Of a stretch of 64,000 nt of DNA, positions 47,715 to 57,793 are shown piece by piece. Position numbers and translations under genes: made by a program. The notes under the pieces are model-generated. The model made no database searches. It was given only the letters and a program-made list of their open reading frames with translations, and was not told where the DNA came from. Origin of the DNA: Candidatus Latescibacterota bacterium. GTDB lineage: Bacteria > Latescibacterota > UBA2968 > UBA8231. Location: contig OZ253462.1 of NCBI GenBank assembly GCA_965261395.1, positions 3,968,001 through 4,032,000 on the forward strand, given 5' to 3'. Every line of letters starts with the position of its first letter. Position 1 is the first letter of the stretch.

Positions 47715-48758
47715 TTATAGAACAACCTCTCGACCTATACGCGCCGATTCGTAACAGGCATCGACGACCATTTGCAGGTTGAGTAGCTGGCGGGCGTTCT
47801 GCATGTCCCAAGGTTCGCCGGCGCGGAGTTGGGCGATGAGGGTGGTGTCTTGGGTGTGGACGCTTCTGCCCCAGTAGTCGCCGTCGAGTTGGGGCGTCTG
47901 ATCGACGATCTCGCCTTCGACATCGACTTTGACCGCAAAGGGCTCGCCGGTGATAGTGGCTCGGGTAGTGGTCAGCTCAAAGCTGTGGAAGTTGGTCACC
48001 TCGCTGCACCAGTTGCCCTCCAAGGAGTAAAAGGTGCCGTTGTCAAAGCGGACGAAAGCGCTGATGAGGTCTTCGGCGTCGTAACGCGCGTGGATGGCGG
48101 CATCGACCTTGGGTCCGCGCTTGCCGGGGAAGAGGCGGCGGGTGGCCGCACTGACGGTGAGCGGATTGGGCGAGCCGCCGACCCACATCGCCAAGTCGAG
48201 CGTGTGGACCAGGGTCGAGGCGAGGACTCCGCCGCCGGAAGTAGCTAGGTGGTAGTGCGGCCCCCAGACGGGCGGGTCGTCATGGCAGCCCCACGCCTTG
48301 GCGAACACGGGCTCGCCGATGGTGCCACCTTGGACTAGGTCGTGCAAATACCGCGAACTCGGCATATAGCGCATGTTGGTGCCGAGCTGGACTTGTAGCC
48401 CGGTCTCCGCGGCCTTGGCGAGGACGGCTTCGGCCTGCGCGGCATTCATCATAAAGGGCTTTTCGCACAGCACGCAGGCCCCGGCGTCGAGGCTAGCCAA
48501 CGACATGGCCTCGTGCGTGTTAGGCATGGTGGCGACGATAACCAAGTCGAGGTCGCCGGGCGCGAGCATGTCCCGGTAGTCTTTGGCCGCGCGGGCTGCG
48601 GGCCAGAGCTGGCAGGCGGCGTCGAGGCGCTCGTCGTCGAGGTCGCAGACGGCGGCAATCGTCGCTTGGTCCGCGCCCAATGCCTTGATACCGGCAAAGT
48701 GGACGTTGGCTTGGGTGCCGCAGCCGATCATTCCAATGCGCACGGCGCGATCTAGCAT
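47715..48758 (-). CDS. Gfo/Idh/MocA family oxidoreductase
   Basis: GMIGCGTQA, LCEKPF, SGGGVL. Confidence 0.9.
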   Translation of the reverse strand: MLDRAVRIGMIGCGTQANVHFAGIKALGADQATIAAVCDLDDERLDAACQLWPAARAAKDYRDMLAPGDLDLVIVATMPNTHEAMSLASLDAGACVLCEKPFMMNAAQAEAVLAKAAETGLQVQLGTNMRYMPSSRYLHDLVQGGTIGEPVFAKAWGCHDDPPVWGPHYHLATSGGGVLASTLVHTLDLAMWVGGSPNPLTVSAATRRLFPGKRGPKVDAAIHARYDAEDLISAFVRFDNGTFYSLEGNWCSEVTNFHSFELTTTRATITGEPFAVKVDVEGEIVDQTPQLDGDYWGRSVHTQDTTLIAQLRAGEPWDMQNARQLLNLQMVVDACYESARIGREVVL

Positions 48759-48874
48759 GGATAGTTCCTTTCTTTTGGTAGCTCAACACAGGTTTTCGGC
48801 GTATAATGTCCCTCTGAATACGTAGAGCGAAACCCAACCGGCGTCAAGGTGCCGGACAAACGCGAGGCTTGACT

Positions 48875-50125
48875 ATGCCACAACAGGTAGATGTGCTGGT
48901 TATCGGCGGCGGAGTAGTTGGTATCTGCGCGGCGCATTTTCTCCAGCAGCAAGGCCGCGAGGTCACTGTGGTTGAAAAGGATGTGGTCTGCGCCGGGAGT
49001 TCGTACGGCAACGCCGGGCTGATTGTGCCCAGCCACAGCGTACCGCTGGCCGAGCCGGGGGTTATTGCCCAAGGCTTGCGGTGGATGTTCGACCCGGACA
49101 GCCCCTTCTACATCAAATGGCGCTGGGACCGCGATCTCGTGGCTTGGCTCTGGCAGTTCCGCAAGGCCAGCACCATGCGGCGGGTGCGGCAGGCCATGCC
49201 GCTGTTGCGCGACATGCACTTGGAGAGCTTTAGGCTCTATGAAGCACTGGCTGCGGAATTGGATTTTGCCTTTGGGCACGAGGGCCGGCTTTTGCTGTGC
49301 AAGACCGAGCAGGGGCTTGAAAGCGTCCACGAAGAGGCCGAGCTGATGCAGGAGGTGGGGATCGAGGTGGAAATGCTCGATGCCGAACAGGTGCAGCAGC
49401 GCGCTGCCACAGTGGAATTGGACTGCGTGGGCGGTGCTTTTTATGCGCAGGACGCCCACTTGGACCCAGCGCGTCTGGTGCGCGCCTTGGCCGCGCGCTG
49501 CGTTGAGCGCGGGGTGCAGCTAAACGAGAAAACCGAGGTCTTGGGGTTTGGCAAAAAAGGGCGTCGCGTCCAAGTGGTCGAGACGACGCGCGGGGATTTT
49601 GCTGCCGCCGAAGTCGTGCTGTGCAGTGGGGCGTGGTCGCCGGGCGTGGCCCGTGGGCTGGGCCTGTCCCTGCCGGTGCAGCCGGCCAAGGGCTACAGCG
49701 TCACCGTCCACAAGCCGAGTTCGTGTCCGGCGGTACCGCTGATGTTGGTGGAGGCCCGCGTTGGTACCACCCCGATGGGAGACAAGCTGCGCTTTGCCGG
49801 TACGCTCGAACTGGCGGGCATGGATACGTCGATCAACCGTCGACGGGTCGCCGCGATTGTCAATGCGGTGCCGCGCTACGTACCGGCGTGGACGCCGGAT
49901 GCGTTAGAGCTAATCGAAGTGTGGCGGGGCCTGCGCCCCTGTACGCCGGACGGCTTGCCCTTTTTGGGGCGGGCACAGGCGTACGACAATCTCACGGTGG
50001 CGGCCGGGCACGCCATGGTTGGGGTCTCGCTGGGGGCGGTGACCGGGGCGGTGACCGCGCGCGTGGTGCAGGGGGAGGAGCCGGGTTTTGATCTGAGTTT
50101 GTGCAACGTGGATAGGTTCGGATAG
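48875..50125 (+). CDS. D-amino acid dehydrogenase-like FAD oxidoreductase
   Basis: IGGGVVG, SYGNAG, PAKGYS, WRGLRPCTPDGLP, AAGHAM. Confidence 0.88.
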   Translation: MPQQVDVLVIGGGVVGICAAHFLQQQGREVTVVEKDVVCAGSSYGNAGLIVPSHSVPLAEPGVIAQGLRWMFDPDSPFYIKWRWDRDLVAWLWQFRKASTMRRVRQAMPLLRDMHLESFRLYEALAAELDFAFGHEGRLLLCKTEQGLESVHEEAELMQEVGIEVEMLDAEQVQQRAATVELDCVGGAFYAQDAHLDPARLVRALAARCVERGVQLNEKTEVLGFGKKGRRVQVVETTRGDFAAAEVVLCSGAWSPGVARGLGLSLPVQPAKGYSVTVHKPSSCPAVPLMLVEARVGTTPMGDKLRFAGTLELAGMDTSINRRRVAAIVNAVPRYVPAWTPDALELIEVWRGLRPCTPDGLPFLGRAQAYDNLTVAAGHAMVGVSLGAVTGAVTARVVQGEEPGFDLSLCNVDRFG

Positions 50126-50134
50126 GAGGATCAG

Positions 50135-51598
50135 ATGCGCTACGCACTGGGCATTGACTTGGGCACGGGAAGCACCAAGGCCGTCCTCATCGACGAGGCA
50201 GGAGACCTCATCGCTAGGGGGCAGGCCGAGTATCCTCTCTACAAGCCGCATCCTGGGTGGGTCGAGCAGGACCCGGAGGAGTGGTGGCAAGCGCTGTGCG
50301 CGTCTGCACGTCAGGCACTCGCCGATATTGACCCAGCGCAGGTCGCCTGCGTCGGCTTGTCGGGGCAGATCAACGGCGCAGTATTTGCCGACAGCGCCGG
50401 ACAGCCCCTGCAGCGGGTGCCGATCTGGCTCGACCACCGCTCGCAAGCAGAGTGCGATTGGGCCGAGCAGCGCGCGGGGGACTTGCTGCGGGAGCGGACG
50501 CTAATGCGGTTGGGGCCGGTTAATACCCTAGCAAAGGTACTATGGGTAAAAGACCATGCGACAGATGTTTACCAGAAAAGCCGCTGGATGCTGCTGCCCA
50601 AGGATTGGCTGCGCTACCGGCTCACCGGACAGATAGCAGCAGAGGTGTCGGATGCCTCGACAACTGCGGCTTTTGATCTGCACGAGCGCCAGTGGTCCGG
50701 GGAAATCCTAGAGGCATTGGAAGTCGATATCGAGCTGTTCCCGCCTTTGGTTGATTCACCGGACGTAGTCGGGGCCATAACCCAAGCAGCTGCCGAGCAG
50801 ACCGGGCTGGTGGCGGGCACGCCCGTCGTCGCTGGCGGCGGGGACATGCCTTGCATGATCCTCGGTGCCGGGGTCATTGAGCCGGGCATTATCAGCTTGG
50901 GGATCGGCACGGCGGCGCACGCCACGGCTTTTGCCGAGACGCTGGATCCACGGGCCTTTGACAAACTCTGGCCGATGTGCCACCCCATCCCCGGCAAATA
51001 CGCTTGGCTGGGTTGCTCGTTTACCGGGGGGGCCTCGCTCAAGTGGTTCAAGGAGGAGTTCGGGGGTAGCTACGAAGAGTTAACCGAGGCTGCGGCTGCG
51101 GTTCCCGCCGGTGCCGAGGGGGCGTTTTTCATGCCTTGGCTCGAAGGAAGGGCTACGCCGCGTCCCGATGCCCAAGCCCGCGGGGGCTTTGTCGGGCTGT
51201 CGCTGGCGCACACGAAGGGGCATCTGGTGCGGGCCGTACTGGAGGGGGTCGTCTTCGACTTGCGGCACTCGCTCGACTGTTTCGCTGAAATCGGCTTGCC
51301 CATTGACGAGCTGCGGATCGGCGAGGGCGGTTCGCACTCGGAGGTATGGCGGCAAATCCAGGCCGATATTTTGGGGCGCGACGTGGTGCGGATCGCCACT
51401 GACGATCTGTCGGCGATAGGGGCGGCGTTGTTGGCGGGCATTGGCGGCGAACTCTATGCGGATTTTGCCACCGCTTGCCAGCGCACGGTCAAGTTGGCCG
51501 AGACGGTGCGCTGCGACCGGGAGCGGGTCGAATACTACCGACGGGCTTTTGAGCGCTACCGGGCGCTCTATCCGGCCTTGCGGGACTGGTATTCTTGA
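50135..51598 (+). CDS. xylB: Xylulokinase-like FGGY carbohydrate kinase
   Basis: GIDLGTGSTK, EQDPEEWW, PKDWLRYRLTG, SDAS, GGGD, RAVLEGV. Confidence 0.75.
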   Translation: MRYALGIDLGTGSTKAVLIDEAGDLIARGQAEYPLYKPHPGWVEQDPEEWWQALCASARQALADIDPAQVACVGLSGQINGAVFADSAGQPLQRVPIWLDHRSQAECDWAEQRAGDLLRERTLMRLGPVNTLAKVLWVKDHATDVYQKSRWMLLPKDWLRYRLTGQIAAEVSDASTTAAFDLHERQWSGEILEALEVDIELFPPLVDSPDVVGAITQAAAEQTGLVAGTPVVAGGGDMPCMILGAGVIEPGIISLGIGTAAHATAFAETLDPRAFDKLWPMCHPIPGKYAWLGCSFTGGASLKWFKEEFGGSYEELTEAAAAVPAGAEGAFFMPWLEGRATPRPDAQARGGFVGLSLAHTKGHLVRAVLEGVVFDLRHSLDCFAEIGLPIDELRIGEGGSHSEVWRQIQADILGRDVVRIATDDLSAIGAALLAGIGGELYADFATACQRTVKLAETVRCDRERVEYYRRAFERYRALYPALRDWYS

Positions 51599-51675
51599 TG
51601 TCCGAAAGGAAGCGAGCTTGCCATGACACTGTGCCCATTAAGACTGTGAATAATTGGAGCAAAAGGTAATATCGC

Positions 51676-52965
51676 ATGATTACGCAAATTGAGATCGGGG
51701 GCTACCGGCTTCTCGGCGAGTTTAAGGCAGACTTCAATCCGCTGACTGTGGTGATCGGTGCTAATGCCGTCGGCAAAAGTACGCTGGTTGATTGTCTGCA
51801 ACTGATTGCCGAGTGCTGCGAGCATCCGCTAAATACCGCGATTGGTTGGCATCATGGGGCAGCATCTCTTCTTACCTCAGGTAAAAGGAATAGGCAGTTG
51901 ACTTGGAAAATCACTTTTCATAAGCCTGCCGGATGGAATGTTATTCCGTTGGAGCAAGGAAAGTCCTTGATGTACGAGGTCGTTCTCCAAACTGATGCAC
52001 TGGGCCAGATGCACCCGCAATACGAGGTTCTCAGGAATCGAGAACCAATACAGGGGCATAGGGAACCCTTCAAGTTTCTGGAGGCAACCCCGCACCAGCG
52101 ATACATATTCGACAAAAAACGAGACCAACTGATACCGTTTGATGAAGCGCAACCTTTGTCCGCTGTCGTCCGCGATGCTGATTCAGCGGCAGCCCCTCCG
52201 AGAAGCAGACAGATAGATGCACAACAAGAGGCCGCGCTGCTGCTGTCACAAATTCGCTTCATCAACGAGTTCCCCATTCCTTCTTGGGGGCGCATTCTAT
52301 TGGCGAGTATGGCGTTCTATCCGGGTTTCGATGTGACACGATCTTCCCCGCTCCGCACCAAGGCCGCCGAGATCAAACCGGATACTGCATTATCATCCAG
52401 CGGCGACAACTTGGGGACCGTGCTGCACGAAATCCTGACCCGATATGATTACCGTTCAGCAGCAGAGGAGTTACGTGATTTTCTGCGTGTGGCCTATCCC
52501 GCATTTGAGGAAATTCACTGCGATACCACGTATGGAACACCACCGCAAGTGCTCGTCCGGGTGCGCGAGCGAGGCATGTCCCGATCTATGGAGCTATGGG
52601 AGCTATCAGACGGCATGCTACGTTTCCTCTGCTTAGCGACAGCGCTGCTAAATCCACAGCCGCGGCCGCTGGTGGCCATCGATGAACCAGAATTGGGCTT
52701 GCATCCCGGCCTGTTGCCGATTGTCGCCGAAATGATCAAGACAGAGGCGGAGCGCACCCAAGTGATCGTGACGACGCATAGCCCGGACCTGCTCAACTGC
52801 TTCGACATAGCCGATGTTGCCGTGATGGCGCGCAATACAGATGAGGCAAAGGTCGCGTGGCATCGTCCCGCGAACCGCGAGACGCTTGTGCAAATGCTAA
52901 AAGATGTTGCAGGCGGAACCTTGGGAGACCTTCACCGCTCCGGCGAACTGGAGGCCGGCGCATGA
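51676..52965 (+). CDS. AAA_21/AAA_15 ABC-type ATPase
   Basis: GANAVGKST, LSDGMLR, IDEPELGLHP, TTHSP. Confidence 0.88.
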   Translation: MITQIEIGGYRLLGEFKADFNPLTVVIGANAVGKSTLVDCLQLIAECCEHPLNTAIGWHHGAASLLTSGKRNRQLTWKITFHKPAGWNVIPLEQGKSLMYEVVLQTDALGQMHPQYEVLRNREPIQGHREPFKFLEATPHQRYIFDKKRDQLIPFDEAQPLSAVVRDADSAAAPPRSRQIDAQQEAALLLSQIRFINEFPIPSWGRILLASMAFYPGFDVTRSSPLRTKAAEIKPDTALSSSGDNLGTVLHEILTRYDYRSAAEELRDFLRVAYPAFEEIHCDTTYGTPPQVLVRVRERGMSRSMELWELSDGMLRFLCLATALLNPQPRPLVAIDEPELGLHPGLLPIVAEMIKTEAERTQVIVTTHSPDLLNCFDIADVAVMARNTDEAKVAWHRPANRETLVQMLKDVAGGTLGDLHRSGELEAGA

Positions 52966-53648
52966 AGGTGTGGATTTTTGTGGAAGGGAGTTCGGACGTT
53001 AGGGCCCTGTCGGCATTGTTGAACGGCTGGAAGCAAAATCTCAGCACTAAAGGCTGGGGCATTCAGCTAATACCTCTTGAAAGCAAGTCCAAATACTTCA
53101 GAAAAATTGGCTCAAGAGCGACCGAGAAACTGGCAAATGATGCACACGACCTCGTTGTCGGCTTACCCGATCTCTACCCGAATAGGGATTATGCGGATAC
53201 GGAGTACAAGCACAACAATCTGCAAGAGTTGCAAGGCGTTCAAACACGTTTGGTGAAACAGCACTTGCAGCAGCAGATGGGCAGACGGGCTGATGTTGAC
53301 AGTCATATCGCGCATTTTTATGCCAGCGCGTTGAAACACGACTTGGAAGTGCTGCTCCTTGCAGCGACGAGTCAACTTCAGTCTCGACTCAATATGTCAA
53401 ACAGGCCTAGCGGCTGGCGGCGACCTCCAGAAAATCAGAACCAAAACAAGCCCCCCAAAAAAATCGTTGAGGAACTCTTTCGGAGACATATCGGGCGGCC
53501 CTATCGAGAAATTGTGGATAGCCATGCCATTCTCAGCAAAGCAGATTTGCGAGAGGTGGTGTTTGACGAGCACGGGACAGTACAATGCCCGGTATTTCGT
53601 GCTATGATCGATTGGATTGGTAAGAAGACCGGTGTACCCGGGTATTGA
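52962..53648 (+). CDS. DUF4276-like (TOPRIM-like) partner protein
   Basis: ATGA-coupled to the ATPase; IFVEGSSD, LPDLY, HDLEVLLLA, PENQN..KPP, QCPVF. Confidence 0.75.
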   Translation: MKVWIFVEGSSDVRALSALLNGWKQNLSTKGWGIQLIPLESKSKYFRKIGSRATEKLANDAHDLVVGLPDLYPNRDYADTEYKHNNLQELQGVQTRLVKQHLQQQMGRRADVDSHIAHFYASALKHDLEVLLLAATSQLQSRLNMSNRPSGWRRPPENQNQNKPPKKIVEELFRRHIGRPYREIVDSHAILSKADLREVVFDEHGTVQCPVFRAMIDWIGKKTGVPGY

Positions 53649-53858
53649 ACGATGGGATCCTTCCTATAGATTCCGTGAATCCTGCTCCTTAACGCAACAC
53701 TTGGCTAAGCAACGCATATCCAACCCCCACTAGCGTCCTGACTAAACTCACTTTGTTCTCGCCGGTTGCTTCCAGTGGGGAGGTGAGTTCTGGGCCTACT
53801 TGGGCGTACGACGAGGTGTCTGGCGCGTTTAACTCTTACTTGAGGAGATCATACGATC

Positions 53859-54935
53859 ATGGAGAACTATAACAACGAACGGGAACACGACATGTGCCTG
53901 ATTTCTTTGGTCGGAGCACTGGACGAAGCGGGTCGGCTCGACATATTCCGAGACGCCTTTCGGATCGAAGAGGATCTTGGACCATTGAAGTATGCGCTCC
54001 ACAGAAAAGCCTTCGATATAGAATTGGAATTCGCCAATCTATCTGTTGCGATCGAAACAAAGGTCCACTCGGATGAGGGCGGAAGATGGTCGCCGCCGTG
54101 GCAGACAGAACGCATCGCCGAGCAGCGAAGAGAAGTGAATGGACTGTGTTTCTTCATTACCTATGGAATTTCCGAATTCTACACGAAGCCCTACGAGCCG
54201 GGGCCCGCATCTCCGGAGTTTCAGCACATTCCGCTGGACAGAATGATCCATCTAGTTGAGTCGTCTCTAGCGGCTCTTCCGCAGATCGGACAGAGCACCG
54301 ATTCAGTCGAGTGGCTGCGGCTCATGAGGCTCGAAAAGGAGAAACGCGAGAAGGCTCAGGAACTCCTGCATTCGTTCGCACAGTTCCGTACGCGTTATCT
54401 CGAGGTCCATGGAGAGAACGACTTTCCCAGAGGCCGCGTAGCGTTTTCCGCTCCCGAGCTAGCTTTTCCCGTCTTTTCGAAACTGATGGAGCATTGGGAC
54501 AGGTCGAAGTATGTCGCTAAATTCGGACGGCTCGCGATCTATCCCATTGCCCGGGGATTTTCTCCGGTTGTGGACTCCATCCTCAATTTCTGGGAGATAT
54601 GGGATGAGGGCCCGGCACTGGCCCCGGACCTCGTTGGGTCTGAACGATACCTGTACCTCGAAGTCAACGAGGACTTTAATCTCAATCTGAAGCTGGACGA
54701 GGGGCAAGCTGGGCCGGACGAGGAACAGAAAGAAATGATCTGGGAACGCCTGTGTGGTGCTAGGTGGCCTTCGGGCGTGAATGCGTGCCGCCGCGATTAC
54801 CGGCAGAATTCTCGGGTGTTGTACGAGGTAGATTTCGGGTTTCTGGCGAACGTAGACTGCCTGTCTGAAGTGGTGAGCAACCTCGGCCGCACGCTTGAAG
54901 TGATCTTTGGCTCACTGAACAATGACCGTGAATGA
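53859..54935 (+). CDS. Hypothetical protein with N-terminal PD-(D/E)XK nuclease-like motif
   Basis: GAGGAG RBS; FDIEL...AIETKVHSDE. Confidence 0.6.
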   Translation: MENYNNEREHDMCLISLVGALDEAGRLDIFRDAFRIEEDLGPLKYALHRKAFDIELEFANLSVAIETKVHSDEGGRWSPPWQTERIAEQRREVNGLCFFITYGISEFYTKPYEPGPASPEFQHIPLDRMIHLVESSLAALPQIGQSTDSVEWLRLMRLEKEKREKAQELLHSFAQFRTRYLEVHGENDFPRGRVAFSAPELAFPVFSKLMEHWDRSKYVAKFGRLAIYPIARGFSPVVDSILNFWEIWDEGPALAPDLVGSERYLYLEVNEDFNLNLKLDEGQAGPDEEQKEMIWERLCGARWPSGVNACRRDYRQNSRVLYEVDFGFLANVDCLSEVVSNLGRTLEVIFGSLNNDRE

Positions 54936-55012
54936 TCGGCGATGGATTGAGGGCACCGGACTTGCGACGACCGTCCGCCTTGGGCCACTCGCCCGCGACT
55001 AATGGCAGCGTC

Positions 55013-56236
55013 CTAGTCCTCAATAAACGGCCCTTCCTCCTGTAACCTCTTGAGGACGCGGGCGTAGTCGGCGGAGCCGTCGTCGGTCCAGTACTCAAAG
55101 TTGAGGCCCTGGAGGCGACCTTCTTCAGTGCCGGTCAGGCGGTTGATATTGGGGCTGCCCAAGCTGTAGGCTTTATGGCCGCCGGCAAAGTGCAGCACGC
55201 CGATGTAGTCGTAGCTGGGCAGGTGGGCGCGGGCGGCGGCTTGAGCTAGGGCTTCTTCGTCCACTTCTACGCCTAGCCCCGGGCCTTCGGGCACAGGTGA
55301 AAAGCCCTCGACGACTGGGATCTTTTCGGCGATATCGGACTCGAACTGGTCGTCTATGTTGATGGTGTGGGCCGAGGCCGTGGGCAGGACGGCCGCTTGG
55401 TGCAGGGTGAGGGCTTTCATCAGGGTATTGCCGCATTGCTGGATCAGGCACTGGACATTGGCCTTGCCGTAGGCAAAACCCGAGGTCAGGGTGTCGCCGA
55501 TGCGTCCGCCAATCATGTAGATATCAGCGACCCCGCAAATCACTTCTTGGATGCCGCCCAATTGGGGGACGTGCATGACGAGGGGGATTTTGGTCTTCTC
55601 GCGCAGGGTGCGCCAGCCGTCGATATCGCTCCACACCAGCGGGTCTTCGATAAATCCGACGATCGGCGATTTTTCCAGTTCGGCGACGATGGGCAGGATT
55701 GTGCCCAGCGTGCGGTTGTGGTTGAGATCCCAGTGCAGTTTGAAGCCGGGCGGTGCTACTTTTTCCGCCGCGCGGGTCTGCTCGATGACGTCGTAGCGGG
55801 CGTCCGAGTGCATTTTGAAGACGCGGTAGCCCTGATCGACAGCGCGCTGGATCTCCCCGGCGAAGACGTCGGGGGGGCAGGGGCGGGTCCAGGCGGCGCA
55901 GGGGACGGCGTCGCGCACTTTTTGCCCCATCAGTTTGTACGCGGGCACACCTACGTGTTTACCCATCAGGTCGTAGAGCGCCATGCCTAAGGCCATGTGG
56001 AAATTGTTGAGCAGATAGTCGAAAGGGTTGGTGCCGATGAGCGCGTCAATCTCGGCTTGGGGTACGGGAGCGGGATTGTCTTCGTAGTCGCCGTAACCGA
56101 CTAATCCATTGTCGCCGTGGACTTTAACCACTAGATGTTGATCCATGTCGTACATGCGCATGCGGCCGGCGTGATTGTCGTAGCGCTTGGCTAGGGGCAT
56201 GGCGATGGGGATTTGCTCGATGTGGGCGATTTTCAT
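55013..56236 (-). CDS. Mandelate racemase/muconate lactonizing enzyme family protein
   Basis: GLVGYG, MALYDLMGK..GVPAYKLMG, FKMH, DLN, IEDP, VPEGPGLGVEVD. Confidence 0.88.
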   Translation of the reverse strand: MKIAHIEQIPIAMPLAKRYDNHAGRMRMYDMDQHLVVKVHGDNGLVGYGDYEDNPAPVPQAEIDALIGTNPFDYLLNNFHMALGMALYDLMGKHVGVPAYKLMGQKVRDAVPCAAWTRPCPPDVFAGEIQRAVDQGYRVFKMHSDARYDVIEQTRAAEKVAPPGFKLHWDLNHNRTLGTILPIVAELEKSPIVGFIEDPLVWSDIDGWRTLREKTKIPLVMHVPQLGGIQEVICGVADIYMIGGRIGDTLTSGFAYGKANVQCLIQQCGNTLMKALTLHQAAVLPTASAHTINIDDQFESDIAEKIPVVEGFSPVPEGPGLGVEVDEEALAQAAARAHLPSYDYIGVLHFAGGHKAYSLGSPNINRLTGTEEGRLQGLNFEYWTDDGSADYARVLKRLQEEGPFIED

Positions 56237-56433
56237 GGGAAGCTCCTGTTATTGGAAAAAGTACTGCAAGCGGGCTGGCCTTGGGACGGAACTAAGCCCT
56301 CGATATCCAGATGAATTTTTGTGCAGAGCGGCTTGGCCTCCAATAATTGACTTGGGTGGTGGCCTGTCAAGGTGGTGGCCGCGTATATTAGGGCGACGCT
56401 GAATACCTGCAATCATCCCGCATTGAGAAAACC

Positions 56434-57744
56434 ATGATCCAACTCGCCACGTTCGAATCTGACGTTACGCCGCCGCTGGGCCATCCGCTCTGTGCGGGGT
56501 GGTATCCACCGGCCAAGGGCATCGCCGACCCGCTGTCCGCCTTGGGACTAATTTTAGTGCCGGACGATCAATTGCCGATCGTCTTGTGTGCCTTGGACTG
56601 GGCCGAATTGAGCAACGGCGATTACGACCGTTGGCGCGGGGAACTGGCTCAGGCTGTGGGCACCGAGGCCGAGCGGGTGGCCGTGCACTGTATCCACGCC
56701 CACGATACGCCCTGGCCCGACCGCGATGCTCAGGACATTCTCGACGCCCACGGCTGTCCCAATGTCATTATGGCTGGCAATTGGGCCGAAAAGGTGCGGG
56801 CCGAAGCGGCACAAGCGGCGGGCGAGGCTATGACAAGGCTGCAACCCTGCACGGATATTGCGGTGGGTCAGGCCAGGGTCGAGCGGATCGCCTCCAATCG
56901 GCGGGTAATGGGGCCAGACGGCAAGGTGGCCGGGGTGCGCTGGACCCAGTGCCGCGATCCTCAAATGCGGGCCGCTCCCGAGGGCGTCATTGATCCCATG
57001 CTAAAGACGATTGGCTTTTACCAAGGGGAGACGGCCTTGGCCCTGTTGCACTACTATGCCGTCCATCCCACCAGCACGGACGGCACCGGGCTGGTTACGC
57101 CCGAATTCGTCGGCTTGGCGCGCAACCGCCGCAAGGCGGAAAGCAATGTGCCGCACCTATACTTCACCGGCTGCGCGGGCAATGTCACTGCGGGCAAGTA
57201 CAACGACGGTATAGCCGACAACCGAGAGTTGTTCACCGAGCGCGTCCACCGGGCCATGGTGGAGGCGGAACAGGGTAGTACGCGGCAGCCGCTGGAGCAT
57301 GTGCGCTGGACGGTCGAGCCGGTGCGGCTGCCGCCGAGGGAGGATATGACCGAGGAAAGCCTGCTGGCGCAAATCGCCTCGGCAGCCACCGGGGCCAAAG
57401 TGCATAGCAAAGCCGCTCTTATGCTGACGTATCTGCGCCGCCGCGAGCGGCCCATTCCGATTACTTGTTTGCAACTCAACGACCGGGTGGCGGTGGTCCA
57501 TTTGCCGGGCGAGATCTTTATCGAATACCAATTGCACGCGCAGGCGAGTCGCCCGGACGCCTTTGTCGCCGTGGCGGGATACGGGGATTTGGGGACCGGG
57601 TATATAACCTTGGCGAGTTCCTTTGCCGAGGGGGGATACGAGCCAGTGGACGCCTTTGTGTCGGGGCGGTCGGAAAAAATCGTGCGCGCCGCCATCGAAA
57701 AGGTCCTACAGGGCCGGTTTAACCAGCGCACGGAGACGACCTGA
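56434..57744 (+). CDS. Neutral/alkaline ceramidase-like hydrolase
   Basis: DVTPPLGHPL, HCIHAHD, YAVHP, GCAGN, LPGEIF, GGYE. Confidence 0.7.
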   Translation: MIQLATFESDVTPPLGHPLCAGWYPPAKGIADPLSALGLILVPDDQLPIVLCALDWAELSNGDYDRWRGELAQAVGTEAERVAVHCIHAHDTPWPDRDAQDILDAHGCPNVIMAGNWAEKVRAEAAQAAGEAMTRLQPCTDIAVGQARVERIASNRRVMGPDGKVAGVRWTQCRDPQMRAAPEGVIDPMLKTIGFYQGETALALLHYYAVHPTSTDGTGLVTPEFVGLARNRRKAESNVPHLYFTGCAGNVTAGKYNDGIADNRELFTERVHRAMVEAEQGSTRQPLEHVRWTVEPVRLPPREDMTEESLLAQIASAATGAKVHSKAALMLTYLRRRERPIPITCLQLNDRVAVVHLPGEIFIEYQLHAQASRPDAFVAVAGYGDLGTGYITLASSFAEGGYEPVDAFVSGRSEKIVRAAIEKVLQGRFNQRTETT

Positions 57745-57793
57745 GGCGGACCCTCATGACAACGCAGGCAATTGACGAGAACGGGAGAAAAGG

